A DNA stretch of 64,000 bases from an uncultured Pseudomonadota bacterium (GTDB lineage: Bacteria; Pseudomonadota; Gammaproteobacteria; Steroidobacterales; Steroidobacteraceae), in assembly GCA_963780455.1 (NCBI GenBank), contig CAWACM010000014.1, positions 42,737-106,736 of the forward strand, in the 5' to 3' direction. The translations under genes and the position numbers were made by a program. The notes under the pieces are model-generated. The model was given only the letters and a program-made list of their open reading frames with translations. It made no database searches and had not been told where the DNA came from. This document shows positions 18,609 to 28,446 of the stretch, piece by piece. Numbering within the stretch: the first letter of the stretch is position 1; each line of letters begins with the position of its first letter.

Positions 18609-20270
18609 ATGAAATACGGTTGGGGGAAGGCGTCGTCAATAGTCGCTGCTGCAGCGCTTCTTACCGTGATTGGTGTGGGCGCAACGGCTGGACAGCACCA
18701 GAAGCATGGTGCTCAGGTGCAGACGGCGACGCCGATCCGGCATCTGGTGGTCATTTACGACGAGAACGTCTCGTTCGATCACTATTTCGCCACGTACCCT
18801 CGGGCAGAGAATCCTGCCGGTGAGCCGCGGTTCGTGGCCGCCCCCGGAACGCCTTGGGTCAACAACCTTCGTACCGCGGGGCTTCTCACGAGCAACCCGA
18901 ACGCCAGCAACCCGCAAAACGGTGAGGAAGCGCATATTCCCTTTCGGTTGGACAGGACGCAGGCCGGGACGGTGGATCAGCAGCACGCCTACACGCCCGA
19001 GGAAGAGGCGGAGGACGGCGGCAAGGCGGATCTGTTTCCACTTTACACGGGCAACAGCCGGCCCGGCGCCGCGAGCCTCTTCGCGACCAGGGGCCTGGTC
19101 ATGGGCTACTACGATGGCAACACCGTGACTGCGCTCTGGAGTTACGCCCAACACTTCGCGATGAGCGACGACGCGTATACGAGCACGTACGGGCCTTCCA
19201 CACCCGGTGCGCTGGAGGTGGTTTCGGGGCAGACGAACGGCGTGGAGCTGGTGAAGTCATCGCAAAACTACTACTCCATTGCCGACGGTCAGGGCGGCCT
19301 GACACTGATCGACGACGTAGACCCGGCCGGGGACAAATGCTCGAAGAAGGATGAGGTGAGGATGCTCGGCAAGAACGTCGGGGACCTCCTGAACGCGCGG
19401 GGCGTATCCTGGGGCGGTTTCATGGGTGGGTTCGACGATACGGACTGCACACAAGCGTCCTTCTCCTCCGTCATCGATGGGTCGATACGCGACTACGTGC
19501 CGCATCACAATTGGTTTCAGTATTACGAGTCGACTTCGAACCCCGAGCATCTGTTACCGAAGACGACTGCCGCGATCGGCCATACCTACGATGCCGACGG
19601 GAAACCGGATCCGGCGAAGCACGAGTACGGCATGACGCAGTTCTGGAGTGCCGTCGACGCCGGCGATTTGCCCGCCGTATCCTTTCTCAAGGCTCCTGCT
19701 TATGAAGATGGCCATGCAGGTTATTCCGACCCGCTCGACGAGCAGACCTGGCTCGTTCAGGTGATCAGTCGCCTCGAGCGGCGTCCGGAATGGCAACACA
19801 CCGCCGTCATCATCACTTATGACGACTCTGACGGTTGGTATGATCATGCCTTCATACCCGCGGTTCGTACTTCCAGGGACCCGTCCGGCAATCCGTCTTT
19901 CGACCCCACAGCCGACCGTCTAAATGGTCAAGGCGCTTGCGGCAGTGGTACCGCGCTCCCCGGCTTGAAGGGCCGCCCGGTCAACGGGCGCTGCGGTCCG
20001 GGCGTGCGTATTCCATTCCTGGTGATTTCTCCCTATGCCAGGGTGAACTACGTCAGCCATCAGCTGATCACTCAAGCCTCGGTGATGCGCTTCATCGAGG
20101 ACAACTGGCTGCATGGCGAGCGCCTCGGCGGCGGCTCATTCGATGCCACGGCGGGACGCATTACCGACATGTTCGACTTCTCGAAGCGAAAGCCGGATGC
20201 GCCCCTCTTCCTGGATCCCCGGACGGGCAACCCGATCTCGGGGATCACCAAAGGCAATTCGCCCCGCTAA
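18609..20270 (+). CDS. Phosphoesterase-family acid phosphatase (AcpA / non-haemolytic phospholipase C family)
   Basis: The sequence VVIYDENVSFDHYFATYP... is typical of the AcpA/PLC phosphoesterase family. A signal peptide runs from ATG 18609. The listed ORF starts at GTG 18588. Confidence 0.8.
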   Translation: MKYGWGKASSIVAAAALLTVIGVGATAGQHQKHGAQVQTATPIRHLVVIYDENVSFDHYFATYPRAENPAGEPRFVAAPGTPWVNNLRTAGLLTSNPNASNPQNGEEAHIPFRLDRTQAGTVDQQHAYTPEEEAEDGGKADLFPLYTGNSRPGAASLFATRGLVMGYYDGNTVTALWSYAQHFAMSDDAYTSTYGPSTPGALEVVSGQTNGVELVKSSQNYYSIADGQGGLTLIDDVDPAGDKCSKKDEVRMLGKNVGDLLNARGVSWGGFMGGFDDTDCTQASFSSVIDGSIRDYVPHHNWFQYYESTSNPEHLLPKTTAAIGHTYDADGKPDPAKHEYGMTQFWSAVDAGDLPAVSFLKAPAYEDGHAGYSDPLDEQTWLVQVISRLERRPEWQHTAVIITYDDSDGWYDHAFIPAVRTSRDPSGNPSFDPTADRLNGQGACGSGTALPGLKGRPVNGRCGPGVRIPFLVISPYARVNYVSHQLITQASVMRFIEDNWLHGERLGGGSFDATAGRITDMFDFSKRKPDAPLFLDPRTGNPISGITKGNSPR

Positions 20271-20288
20271 TGTGGGCGACGCGCCGTC

Positions 20289-21179
20289 TCAATTGATGAC
20301 CCGAAGCGCGCTCAGCTGCTCCGCGGCCAGGTCGAGAAACGCTCTGACCTTTGGTTGCACGTAGGCCCTACTCACGTGAACGAGCTGCACGGGCAGCGGT
20401 GGTGGCTCGAAGGGACGCAGCAAGCGAACCAACCGTCCGGCTTCGAGGTCCTCGAATACTTGATATGACAGCACGCGGACGATCCCTTGTCCGCTCCTTG
20501 CCGCCGCGAGCCGCGCCTCGACATCGTTCACGAGGAGACGAGGCGAAAGCCGCACGACTGACCGGCCGCGCGGGCCGAATCGCCACTCGAGCGAATCCGA
20601 GCTGCTCGCGCTGAAGATCGTATCGTGAGCGGCCAGATCGGCGGGCCTGGCCGGCGTGCCACGCCGCGTCAGATAGCCGGGACTTGCGACGAGCACCTGG
20701 TCTACCTCTCCGACACGCCTCACCAGCAGCGAAGAATCCGCAAGGGGGCCGATCCGGACCGCGACGTCCAGCGCTTCTTCGATCAGATCGAGCCGGCGGT
20801 CGTTGAGTACCAGCTCCACCTGGGTATCGGGAAAATTCCTGAGAAAGGCGGTGACGAGCGGCGCCACGTGCCGCCGGCCGAATTGCACCGGAGCGGTGAT
20901 GCGGATGAGACCGCGAACAGGAGCGGGTGAGCTCTCGGCAACGGACTGATCGTACGCACTCAAGAGAGCTCGAGACTCATCCGCAAGCTTCCGCCCCGCC
21001 TCCGTCGGCGAGAGCTGGCGCGTCGTCCGTGCCACCAGACGGGCGCCGACCCGGCTCTCTAGGGCCGATAAGGCTCGCGTCACGGCAGGCGGCGAGCGGC
21101 GCAGCCGGCGCGCGGCGGCGACCAGGCTCCCCTCATCGACTACCGCTACGAGCACCGCCAGCTCATCGAGACGGTCCAT
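20289..21179 (-). CDS. LysR-family transcriptional regulator
   Basis: The N-terminal HTH reads LDELAVLVAVVDEGSLVAAARRLRRSPPAVTRALSALE. A LysR substrate-binding domain follows. Confidence 0.9.
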   Translation of the reverse strand: MDRLDELAVLVAVVDEGSLVAAARRLRRSPPAVTRALSALESRVGARLVARTTRQLSPTEAGRKLADESRALLSAYDQSVAESSPAPVRGLIRITAPVQFGRRHVAPLVTAFLRNFPDTQVELVLNDRRLDLIEEALDVAVRIGPLADSSLLVRRVGEVDQVLVASPGYLTRRGTPARPADLAAHDTIFSASSSDSLEWRFGPRGRSVVRLSPRLLVNDVEARLAAARSGQGIVRVLSYQVFEDLEAGRLVRLLRPFEPPPLPVQLVHVSRAYVQPKVRAFLDLAAEQLSALRVIN

Positions 21180-21191
21180 GGGATTATTCCG

Positions 21192-21212
21192 GAAAGTGAA
21201 ATTATCACTTTC
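21192..21212. promoter_or_regulatory. Perfect palindrome GAAAGTGA-N5-TCACTTTC, candidate LysR operator
   Basis: It lies 13 nt upstream of the LysR start, in the divergent intergenic region. The arms are 8 bp and perfect. Confidence 0.45.
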
Positions 21213-21277
21213 AAGCGTGCCAGATTGATGGCGCTCTGCGCAACGATAAAATAGGAGCGACTCTCTGCAGGATTCCC

Positions 21278-21415
21278 ATGAGCGACCCCCGGATCACCGT
21301 GTACGGCACCGAGTACTCTGGCCATGCGCATCGCGTGGTGTTGCTGCAGCGGTTTGAGCCGATGCGGCGCTCGCCGCTGCCACCGGAGATTGCAGATGAG
21401 CTTCCACAGGGATGA
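21278..21415 (+). pseudogene. Glutathione S-transferase N-terminal remnant (45 codons)
   Basis: ATG 21278 follows AGGAG. The first part, MSDPRITVYGTEYSGHAHRVVLL, resembles the GST N-terminal beta-alpha-beta. The similarity then ends, and the ORF stops inside the next gene. Confidence 0.3.
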
Positions 21416-22310
21416 GCTCGAAGCGCAGGCTCGCGCCGGCGTCAGCACCCGAAGCGCGGGCATTCGCGACTTCATGCCGGAACAGCACCGGACCTTCTTT
21501 GCAGCCCTGCCTTACCTTTTCCTCGCAACGACCGACGCCGAGGGCTGGCCCCTTGCGACCATGCTGGAAGGCGAGCCAGGCTTCGTAAGCTCGCCTGATC
21601 AAAGGACGCTGCGCATCCGGGCGCTTCCCGGGCCCGGTGATCCCGCCTGCGAGACAGTCCGCCAGGGCCAGGAGATTGGCTTGCTCGGAATCGACCTCGC
21701 GACCCGGCGGCGCAATCGCGCGAACGGAGTGATCTCTGCCGTCGAGACAGCCGCGTTCAGCGTCGCCGTGCAACAGAGCTACGGGAATTGCCCGCAGTAC
21801 ATCCAGCGCCGCATCGCGTCACGAGCCGAGGCTGCCGGCGGGCGGGTTCGTAGGCTCGAATCTCTCGGTGACGACACGCGCGAACTGCTCGCGCGCGCCG
21901 ATACGTTCTTCGTCGCAAGCCGTTCGCGAGCTGGCGTGGGTCCGGCTGGAGGCGTCGACATCTCGCATCGCGGAGGACGTCCCGGTTTCGTGCGCCTGGA
22001 AGGCGACGTGCTGTCCATTCCGGATTTCCGCGGCAACCGCTACTTCAATACGCTCGGCAATCTGTTGGGGGAGCCGCGGTCATCGCTCCTGTTCCCCGAT
22101 TTCGCGACCGGCGACCTGTTGCAGCTGCAGGGCGTCGCCACGATCGACTGGAGTCCCTCGGCCGCGGAACGGTTCGAGGGCGCCGAGCGCATCTGGCACT
22201 TTCGCGTCGCCCGCGGCTGGTTCCGTCCGCAGGCCGCCGCGCTGCGCGGGGCTTTCATCGATTATTCGCCCGGCACCCTCCGCACGGGAACGTGGATGAC
22301 CCGCGCCTAG
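21396..22310 (+). CDS. Pyridoxamine 5'-phosphate oxidase-like FMN-binding protein
   Basis: ATG 21396 follows GGAG. The sequence reads ...FLATTDAEGWPLATML...HRGGRPGFVRLEGDVLSIPDFRGNRYFNTLGNL, which is split-barrel type. Confidence 0.7.
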   Translation: MSFHRDELEAQARAGVSTRSAGIRDFMPEQHRTFFAALPYLFLATTDAEGWPLATMLEGEPGFVSSPDQRTLRIRALPGPGDPACETVRQGQEIGLLGIDLATRRRNRANGVISAVETAAFSVAVQQSYGNCPQYIQRRIASRAEAAGGRVRRLESLGDDTRELLARADTFFVASRSRAGVGPAGGVDISHRGGRPGFVRLEGDVLSIPDFRGNRYFNTLGNLLGEPRSSLLFPDFATGDLLQLQGVATIDWSPSAAERFEGAERIWHFRVARGWFRPQAAALRGAFIDYSPGTLRTGTWMTRA

Positions 22311-22388
22311 CCGGCGCGCGGTTGCAGTCGACATGCGCCCGGACGTATTGGATAGTGCGCCTTGGAAATCCGCACCAAGAGTCCGTTC

Positions 22389-23597
22389 ATGTTTCGCAAA
22401 ATCTTCGCGGCCGTCGTCGCAGGAATGCTGCTGGTACTCACTTTCACTCCGGCCTGGGCGCTGGACAACGGCCTGGCCCGGACGCCGCCGATGGGCTGGA
22501 ACAGTTGGAATAGCTTTCACTGCGACGTCAGCGCGAGATTGGTAGAGGCAACCGCTGACGCGATGGTCACGTCCGGGATGAGAGCCGCCGGCTATGTCTA
22601 CGTGAATATCGACGACTGCTGGCTGCTCAAAAAGCGCGGCAGCCATGGAGAATTGGTGCCGGATCCGAGGAAGTTTCCGCACGGCATCGAGGCGGTGGCC
22701 GCCGATCTACACCGCAAGGGCCTGAAGCTGGGCATCTACGAGTCGGCGGGCGCCACTACGTGCGCCGGCTATCCCGGCAGCATCGGCCACGAGAAGCAGG
22801 ATGCGGCGCAGTTTGCCCGCTGGGGCGTCGATTATCTGAAATACGACAACTGCGGTGACTATCACGGCGAAACCTACCTGCAACGCTATACCGCCATGCG
22901 CGATGCGCTCGCCCAATCCGGCCGCCGGATCGTGTACAGCCTGTGCGAGTGGGGCAACAAAGAGCCGTGGAACTGGGCGCAGCCCGTCGGCAACCTCTGG
23001 CGCACGACCCAGGACATCACGCCGCGCTGGCGGACCGACCAGCCCGAAAATTCCTACCCCCAGGGCATCCTCGACATCCTGGATCAGCAGGCAAAGCTGT
23101 CCACCGCCTCGCATCCGGGCGCCTGGAACGACCCGGACATGCTGGAGGTCGGCAACGGATATCTGACTGACGATGAGAGCAAGGCGCATTTCAGCCTCTG
23201 GGCATTGCTCAACGCGCCGCTGATCGCCGGCAACGATTTGCGTGACATGCCGCAGGACGTCCGCGCCATCCTCACCAATCGCGAGGTGATCGCGGTCGAC
23301 CAGGACTGGGGAGGCCGTCAAGGCTACAGAGTGCGCGATGATGGCAACACGCAGGTGTGGGCGAAGCCGATGTCCGACGGCTCCGTCGCGGTGATTCTGC
23401 TCAACAGCCGCCGCGGACCGGTGAAGATCGCCACCACGGCGCAGGCAGTCGGCTTGCGGACTGCCGGCGGCTACAGGCTCCGTGACTTGTGGAATCATAC
23501 TGATAGCGCCAGTGATGGCCGCATCGAAGCGACCGTCGGTACCCACGCGGTTGCGATGTTCCGCGTCTGGGCAGGCGCGAAAAGCGGGACGAGTTGA
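22389..23597 (+). CDS. Alpha-galactosidase, GH27 family
   Basis: LDNGLARTPPMGWNSWNSFHCDV and YLKYDNC are motifs typical of GH27. A signal peptide runs from ATG 22389. Confidence 0.9.
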   Translation: MFRKIFAAVVAGMLLVLTFTPAWALDNGLARTPPMGWNSWNSFHCDVSARLVEATADAMVTSGMRAAGYVYVNIDDCWLLKKRGSHGELVPDPRKFPHGIEAVAADLHRKGLKLGIYESAGATTCAGYPGSIGHEKQDAAQFARWGVDYLKYDNCGDYHGETYLQRYTAMRDALAQSGRRIVYSLCEWGNKEPWNWAQPVGNLWRTTQDITPRWRTDQPENSYPQGILDILDQQAKLSTASHPGAWNDPDMLEVGNGYLTDDESKAHFSLWALLNAPLIAGNDLRDMPQDVRAILTNREVIAVDQDWGGRQGYRVRDDGNTQVWAKPMSDGSVAVILLNSRRGPVKIATTAQAVGLRTAGGYRLRDLWNHTDSASDGRIEATVGTHAVAMFRVWAGAKSGTS

Positions 23598-23687
23598 GTC
23601 ACGGCCGGCGATGAGCCGGCGATGAGGTGGGCCGGCGATCGATTTTTGCGGTACGCTCATTGGGATGGCGCTTGTGGAGTGCAAATC

Positions 23688-24551
23688 GTGGCGAGTCACA
23701 CCTACCGGCTGCTGAATGTCTTCACGCGGGGAGCGGAGGTGCTTTCCGGCAACCCGCTCTGCGTATTCGAGAACGGGGAGGCGTTCGACGACCAGACGAT
23801 GCAGGCGCTCACGCGACAGTTCAATCTGTCCGAGACCACATTCATCCTGCCCTCCAGCCGCGCCAGCGCGCGCGTCCGGATCTTCACGCCCTCCTATGAG
23901 ATGCCGTTTGCGGGCCATCCCACGCTCGGCACCGCGCATGTCTGCCGAGCGCTCGGGTTGGGCGGCAACGAGCTGACGCTCGAGATGAAAGCCGGGGTGA
24001 TTCCGGTGGCCGCGCAGGGGGATCGCTGGACGCTGCAGGCGAATGCGCCGAAGTGGCGGGAGGTAGCGGAATCACGGGGCGCCATCGCCGCGACGCTCGG
24101 CCTGGAGCCGAAGGACATCGGCGAGCGTCCGCTCTGGGTGAGCACCGGCCGCGAGCAGTTGATCATTCCGCTGACCACCGAGGACGCCGTCCGCCGCGCG
24201 CGACCGCAGCCGGATCTGCTGACTCGCTTCGAGAGTGAAGAGGGAGGGAGCATGGCGTACGTATTCGCGCCGCGGAAGGGCGCCGCCGCGGGCAAGCGGG
24301 AGCTTCTCCTGGCGCGGTTCTTCTTTCCGCAGGGACCGGCGGTGCTCGAGGATCCGGCGACCGGCTCCGCCACCGCCGGTCTCGGGGGATGGTGCATCGC
24401 CATGGACCGCGCGCGGCCGTGGCGATTCGAGATCGCGCAGGGCGAGCAGGCGGATCGGCCGTCGATTCTCTATCTCGACGTTGATGCGGATCAGCGCATC
24501 CGCGTCAGCGGTGATGTGGTCGAGCTCGGACGGGGAACCATCACGATCTAG
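23688..24551 (+). CDS. PhzF-family isomerase
   Basis: GTG 23688 follows GGAG. The sequence YRLLNVFTRG...NPLCVF...QFNLSETTF is typical of the PhzF family. Confidence 0.85.
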   Translation: MASHTYRLLNVFTRGAEVLSGNPLCVFENGEAFDDQTMQALTRQFNLSETTFILPSSRASARVRIFTPSYEMPFAGHPTLGTAHVCRALGLGGNELTLEMKAGVIPVAAQGDRWTLQANAPKWREVAESRGAIAATLGLEPKDIGERPLWVSTGREQLIIPLTTEDAVRRARPQPDLLTRFESEEGGSMAYVFAPRKGAAAGKRELLLARFFFPQGPAVLEDPATGSATAGLGGWCIAMDRARPWRFEIAQGEQADRPSILYLDVDADQRIRVSGDVVELGRGTITI

Positions 24552-24672
24552 GCGCTCGCTGCCCACTGCGCGCGCGCTCTAGCTCGCTGAAGAGCACGTT
24601 CAGAGCATAGTGACGCCAAATCTGGATCGCCGTGGAGGTTGGAAAGCCTGTTCAGTAGAATCGGAGAACAGC

Positions 24673-25344
24673 ATGAAGCACTTCCTTTTGTTTTACGAAG
24701 CCGCCGACGATTACGTGGCAAGACGCGCTGAGTATCGGGCTCAACATCTCACCAAGGCGTGGCAAGCCAGTCAACGCGGTGAGCTGCTGCTCGGGGGAGC
24801 CTTGGCGGAACCGATCGATGGAGCGGTCCTACTCTTCAAGGGCGAGTCCGCGAGCGTTGCCGAGGACTTTGCAAGAGCCGACCCCTATGTCACCTCCGGC
24901 GCGGTCAAGCGTTGGTACGTGCGGGAATGGACGACTGTAGTTGGTGACGAAGCGATGACGCCGGTCCATCCGGAGGGCGTGCCGAAAACGCAGGACGCGG
25001 CGCAGGCACAGACTCCCGTCTCGGGTGGAATTCTGCGGCTATGGAAGGGCCGCGCCACGGCGGCCAAGGCAGGGGACTACGTTCGGCACGCCAGCCAGAC
25101 CGTGTTTCCAGAGGTCCAATCCCTCCCCGGGCATCGTGGTGCCTATCTGCTGCGACGCTCCGTCGGCAATAGCGTCGAGTTTACGGTGCTGACACTGTGG
25201 GATTCCATGGATGCGGTGCGGGGATTTGCCGGACCTGACCCGGACAGAGCCGTGGTGGAGCCGGCGGCGCGCGCGGCACTGTCGGACTTCGAGGACACAG
25301 TCACGCACTATGAAGTCGTCGTGCATAGCGGCGAAAACCCGTAG
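24673..25344 (+). CDS. YciI-like domain fused to an ABM (antibiotic-biosynthesis-monooxygenase/Dabb) domain
   Basis: ATG 24673 follows GGAGAA. The N-terminal part, MKHFLLFYEAADDYVARRAEYRAQHL...DPYV, is YciI-like. The C-terminal roughly 95 aa (ILRLWKGRAT...FTVLTLWDSMDAVRGFAG) is ABM-like. Confidence 0.65.
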   Translation: MKHFLLFYEAADDYVARRAEYRAQHLTKAWQASQRGELLLGGALAEPIDGAVLLFKGESASVAEDFARADPYVTSGAVKRWYVREWTTVVGDEAMTPVHPEGVPKTQDAAQAQTPVSGGILRLWKGRATAAKAGDYVRHASQTVFPEVQSLPGHRGAYLLRRSVGNSVEFTVLTLWDSMDAVRGFAGPDPDRAVVEPAARAALSDFEDTVTHYEVVVHSGENP

Positions 25345-25386
25345 CGCTTGTGACCAGCGCATCCTGGCGCCTTTTTGCGGCACTTC

Positions 25387-27372
25387 TCAAAAGTCCGTCG
25401 TCAGGTAGGCGAAGACCGTGCGCGGCCCCGGAGTCAGGAAGTATCCGGGCGTGTTGGCGACCGTCCACCAGGAGGAGTCGGACACGTTCTGGACCTGCAG
25501 GCGCAGAGTGCTGTTCCTGCCGAATATCCTGAATTCGTAGCGCCCGCCGAGATTCAGGATCGTGACCGCCGGCACGTAGATACGATTGTCGACGGTGGCC
25601 GGGGCGACCCCGAAATGCTGGGCCGACAGGTCCAGTGAGGCGACCGGCCACCACGGTATCGTGTAGTTGACATTGGCGGAGTACGTCAATCGGGGTTGTC
25701 CCAGGGCCACGGGGCCTACCCCTGCAGCGGCCAGGTCAGACCCGACGATCGAGATCCTGTTGGCGAGAATGCCGGCATTGATGTCGAAAGGGCCCACGCG
25801 TTGGCCCGAAATCGAAAACTCGAAGCCCTTGGCGCGCTGCACTCCGAGCTGGCGGTCGACGTTGCTCGTGTCCACATTGAAGTAGGGCTTCTGCAGCTCA
25901 TAGATACCTGCGATGACCTTCAGCCGCGGTGTCAGCAGATAGCGCACTCCCGACTCCACTTGCCAGGTGCGTGATGCGGGCAGGATGGCGTTGCGATTCT
26001 GTGCCGAGCTGGGCACCACCCCCGAGTCTTCGAGCCCCTGGGTGTAGCCCGCGTAAAGCGTCAGCAGGTGCGTGAGCGCGAGCGCTGAGTTCGCATAGCC
26101 ACGCAGCGGACGGTCCGACAGCCTTCCCTGCGGTTCGCCCGGGGTGATGACGTCCTCCCGGTAGTTCTCCTGCTGAATGCCCACCTCGAGCTCGGCAAAC
26201 CTGTCCCAGTCGACGTGATATGCCGACCCGACGCTCCAAAGCTTCGTGCGATCAGCCGTGCGCGCGGAATAGGTGAAGGTCGGCGGCGGCACCTGCAGTC
26301 CGGAGCGGATGTTGGCCGGCCCCACATCGACGACGTCGTCACCGCCATAGCGCGCTGATACGTCGCGGCCGCGGGCCAGCAGGATGAGCTCATGATGCCA
26401 GTCACCCGTCTGGAAGTGACCCGTCAGGCGCACTTCTCCGGATGTGGAAGCGTTGTTCTGATCCGGATACCCCACTACCAGATGCTCGGACTGTCCGTTC
26501 GGTTGCACGGCCGTGTAGAAATCCGAGAAGCTCAGCGGATTGTCGGCGCTCGAACGGAAGATGCCCGCGTTCAGCGACCACACCCGGGTCAGCTGCGCCG
26601 CAACGAGGGCGCCGAAGTTTTCCGTCAGGCTGCGGCCCTGGGCCCAATTTTGGCCCAGGTAGCCCCGAGGGATCGCAGGAGGCAGGAAGTCGCCGCTGGA
26701 AAAGACCTCCGGAAGCGTGGTTGCATCCCGGGTTTGCTGCCAGTCGAACAGCCCCCGCACCGTCACCCTGTCGTTCGGCGACCATTGCGGCGTCGCACCG
26801 ATGCTCGTCACGTGTGAGGTGTACCCGGGCAGATTGCTGAACTGAGTCTGCGTGCTGACCTGCGTGGCCACCCCGATCGGCAGGATGAGCTCCTTGCCCG
26901 CCAACGGCACGACGCCATCGACGCTGACACCCCAGGCATCGTATGGACCGACGTTGGCGATGACAGTGGCGCCGGGCGTTCCGTCTCCCGGGTGGCGCAG
27001 GTCATAATCGACGATGCCCGTCGGTGCCGGGAAAGCATAGCCGATCTCACTCACGCCCACCCGCGTCGTGGACCCCTCGACCACGCGATTGGAGAGCCCG
27101 CCCTGCTCATCGAAATACAGGCCGTCGATCCGTATGTTGCCGGCCGCCTGCGGGCTGAAGCCGCGGATGCCACCCGGGCCGTAGAGACCGATGGACTCCA
27201 GTCCCAGCGTCAGGCCGAACGCATCCTGAGCGGTCGTGACCGGGTTGTCGGCCGCATGCTGCTGGGCTCGCGCCGCGGCTACATGCAGGATGGCGGCAAC
27301 GGTGGCTACGACAATGGGGACCCGGGTAATCCTTCGCTCGCCTGTGATTCTCAAACGCTGACCAGCAGACAC
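25387..27372 (-). CDS. TonB-dependent receptor (short form)
   Basis: 661-aa ORF with a GTG start and a signal peptide ending AARAQQ. The barrel sequence ends ...VFAYLTTDF with a terminal Phe. Confidence 0.8.
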   Translation of the reverse strand: MSAGQRLRITGERRITRVPIVVATVAAILHVAAARAQQHAADNPVTTAQDAFGLTLGLESIGLYGPGGIRGFSPQAAGNIRIDGLYFDEQGGLSNRVVEGSTTRVGVSEIGYAFPAPTGIVDYDLRHPGDGTPGATVIANVGPYDAWGVSVDGVVPLAGKELILPIGVATQVSTQTQFSNLPGYTSHVTSIGATPQWSPNDRVTVRGLFDWQQTRDATTLPEVFSSGDFLPPAIPRGYLGQNWAQGRSLTENFGALVAAQLTRVWSLNAGIFRSSADNPLSFSDFYTAVQPNGQSEHLVVGYPDQNNASTSGEVRLTGHFQTGDWHHELILLARGRDVSARYGGDDVVDVGPANIRSGLQVPPPTFTYSARTADRTKLWSVGSAYHVDWDRFAELEVGIQQENYREDVITPGEPQGRLSDRPLRGYANSALALTHLLTLYAGYTQGLEDSGVVPSSAQNRNAILPASRTWQVESGVRYLLTPRLKVIAGIYELQKPYFNVDTSNVDRQLGVQRAKGFEFSISGQRVGPFDINAGILANRISIVGSDLAAAGVGPVALGQPRLTYSANVNYTIPWWPVASLDLSAQHFGVAPATVDNRIYVPAVTILNLGGRYEFRIFGRNSTLRLQVQNVSDSSWWTVANTPGYFLTPGPRTVFAYLTTDF

Positions 27373-28446
27373 TCCACCCCTCCACTCGGATCCTGCCGGC
27401 AGTGTAAGTGCTGCGAGCCGAGCCGCCTAAGGCCGTTCACTGCACGCGGCTGGCGATTCGCTGCAGGGTGAGTTCGCAGCGGCGGCGCATTGGCGTAGAG
27501 TGGCCGCCATGGTGCGTCGTGACGTAACGAAAGCTGAGGCTGCGACCGTGGCGGAGGCGATCGTTACTCGCTGCGCTTCTTCAGTGGGTGTAAATCCCAT
27601 TCCGGTAGGCATCGGTGCGCCGGGTAGCAGGCCCCAGGTATGAAGGGAGACCTTCATGCCCAAGCGGGGCATCAAAAGCCCGCTGCACGGCGTGAGCCGC
27701 GTAGCGGGGAGCGAGCACACGGGCTGCAACTTAAGGTGAAGCCTGCAGCCTCGTCATACTCACAATCCGGAGGCCGAGCCGCTCATGTCACGGCGAAGGC
27801 AACACCGGTCACGGGAGCACCGAAGTCCGTGGCCAGCTCCGGCGGGGTATGGGGCGCAGCACGTGTGTCAGGAGAAGCGCGGAACACGAGAGACCCGTCT
27901 GCACCGCCCGGCGGCCTTGAGCCGCGCGAGAAAGTGCGACAACTGCAACGTCGGCTATGGGCCGCAGCCAAGCGTGCCCCGGGAAGACGTTTTCACGCCC
28001 TGTATGACCACATCTGGAGAGGTGACGTGCTCCAGGAGGCGTGGAGGCGAGTGAGGAGCAACCGCGGCGCCGCGGGGGTCGATGGCCAATCGATCCGCGA
28101 TGTCGAGCAGTACGGAGTCGAGCGGTTCTTGGAGGAACTGGGTTCCGAGCTGCAAGCGGGCAAGTACCGTGCGCAGGTGGTGAGGCGGCGGTACATACCG
28201 AAGGCTGATGGGAAGAAGCGGCCGCTGGGGATACCGACGGTAAGGGACCGGGTGGCTCAGATGGCGGCGAAGCTGGTGCTGGAGCCGGTGTTCGAGGCGG
28301 ATTTTCTACCGTGCTCGTACGGCTTTCGGCCCAAGCGCAGCGCGACGATGGCCCTTGAGACACTGAGGAAGCTCGGTGCCAAAGGAGGCCATTACGTGCT
28401 GGATGCCGACATCCGGGATTACTTCGGGAGCATCGATCACGAGAAG

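Noticed and set aside
22707-23939. 410-aa minus-strand ORF
   Set aside because: It is antisense to the GH27 alpha-galactosidase and the PhzF start. It is a shadow ORF.
27481-27512. Stem GGCGGC...GCCGCC just before the intron 5' end, which could be a class C intron inserted after a terminator
   Set aside because: The stem is only 6 bp with a 16-nt loop and no U-tract. The intron class cannot be assigned by eye.
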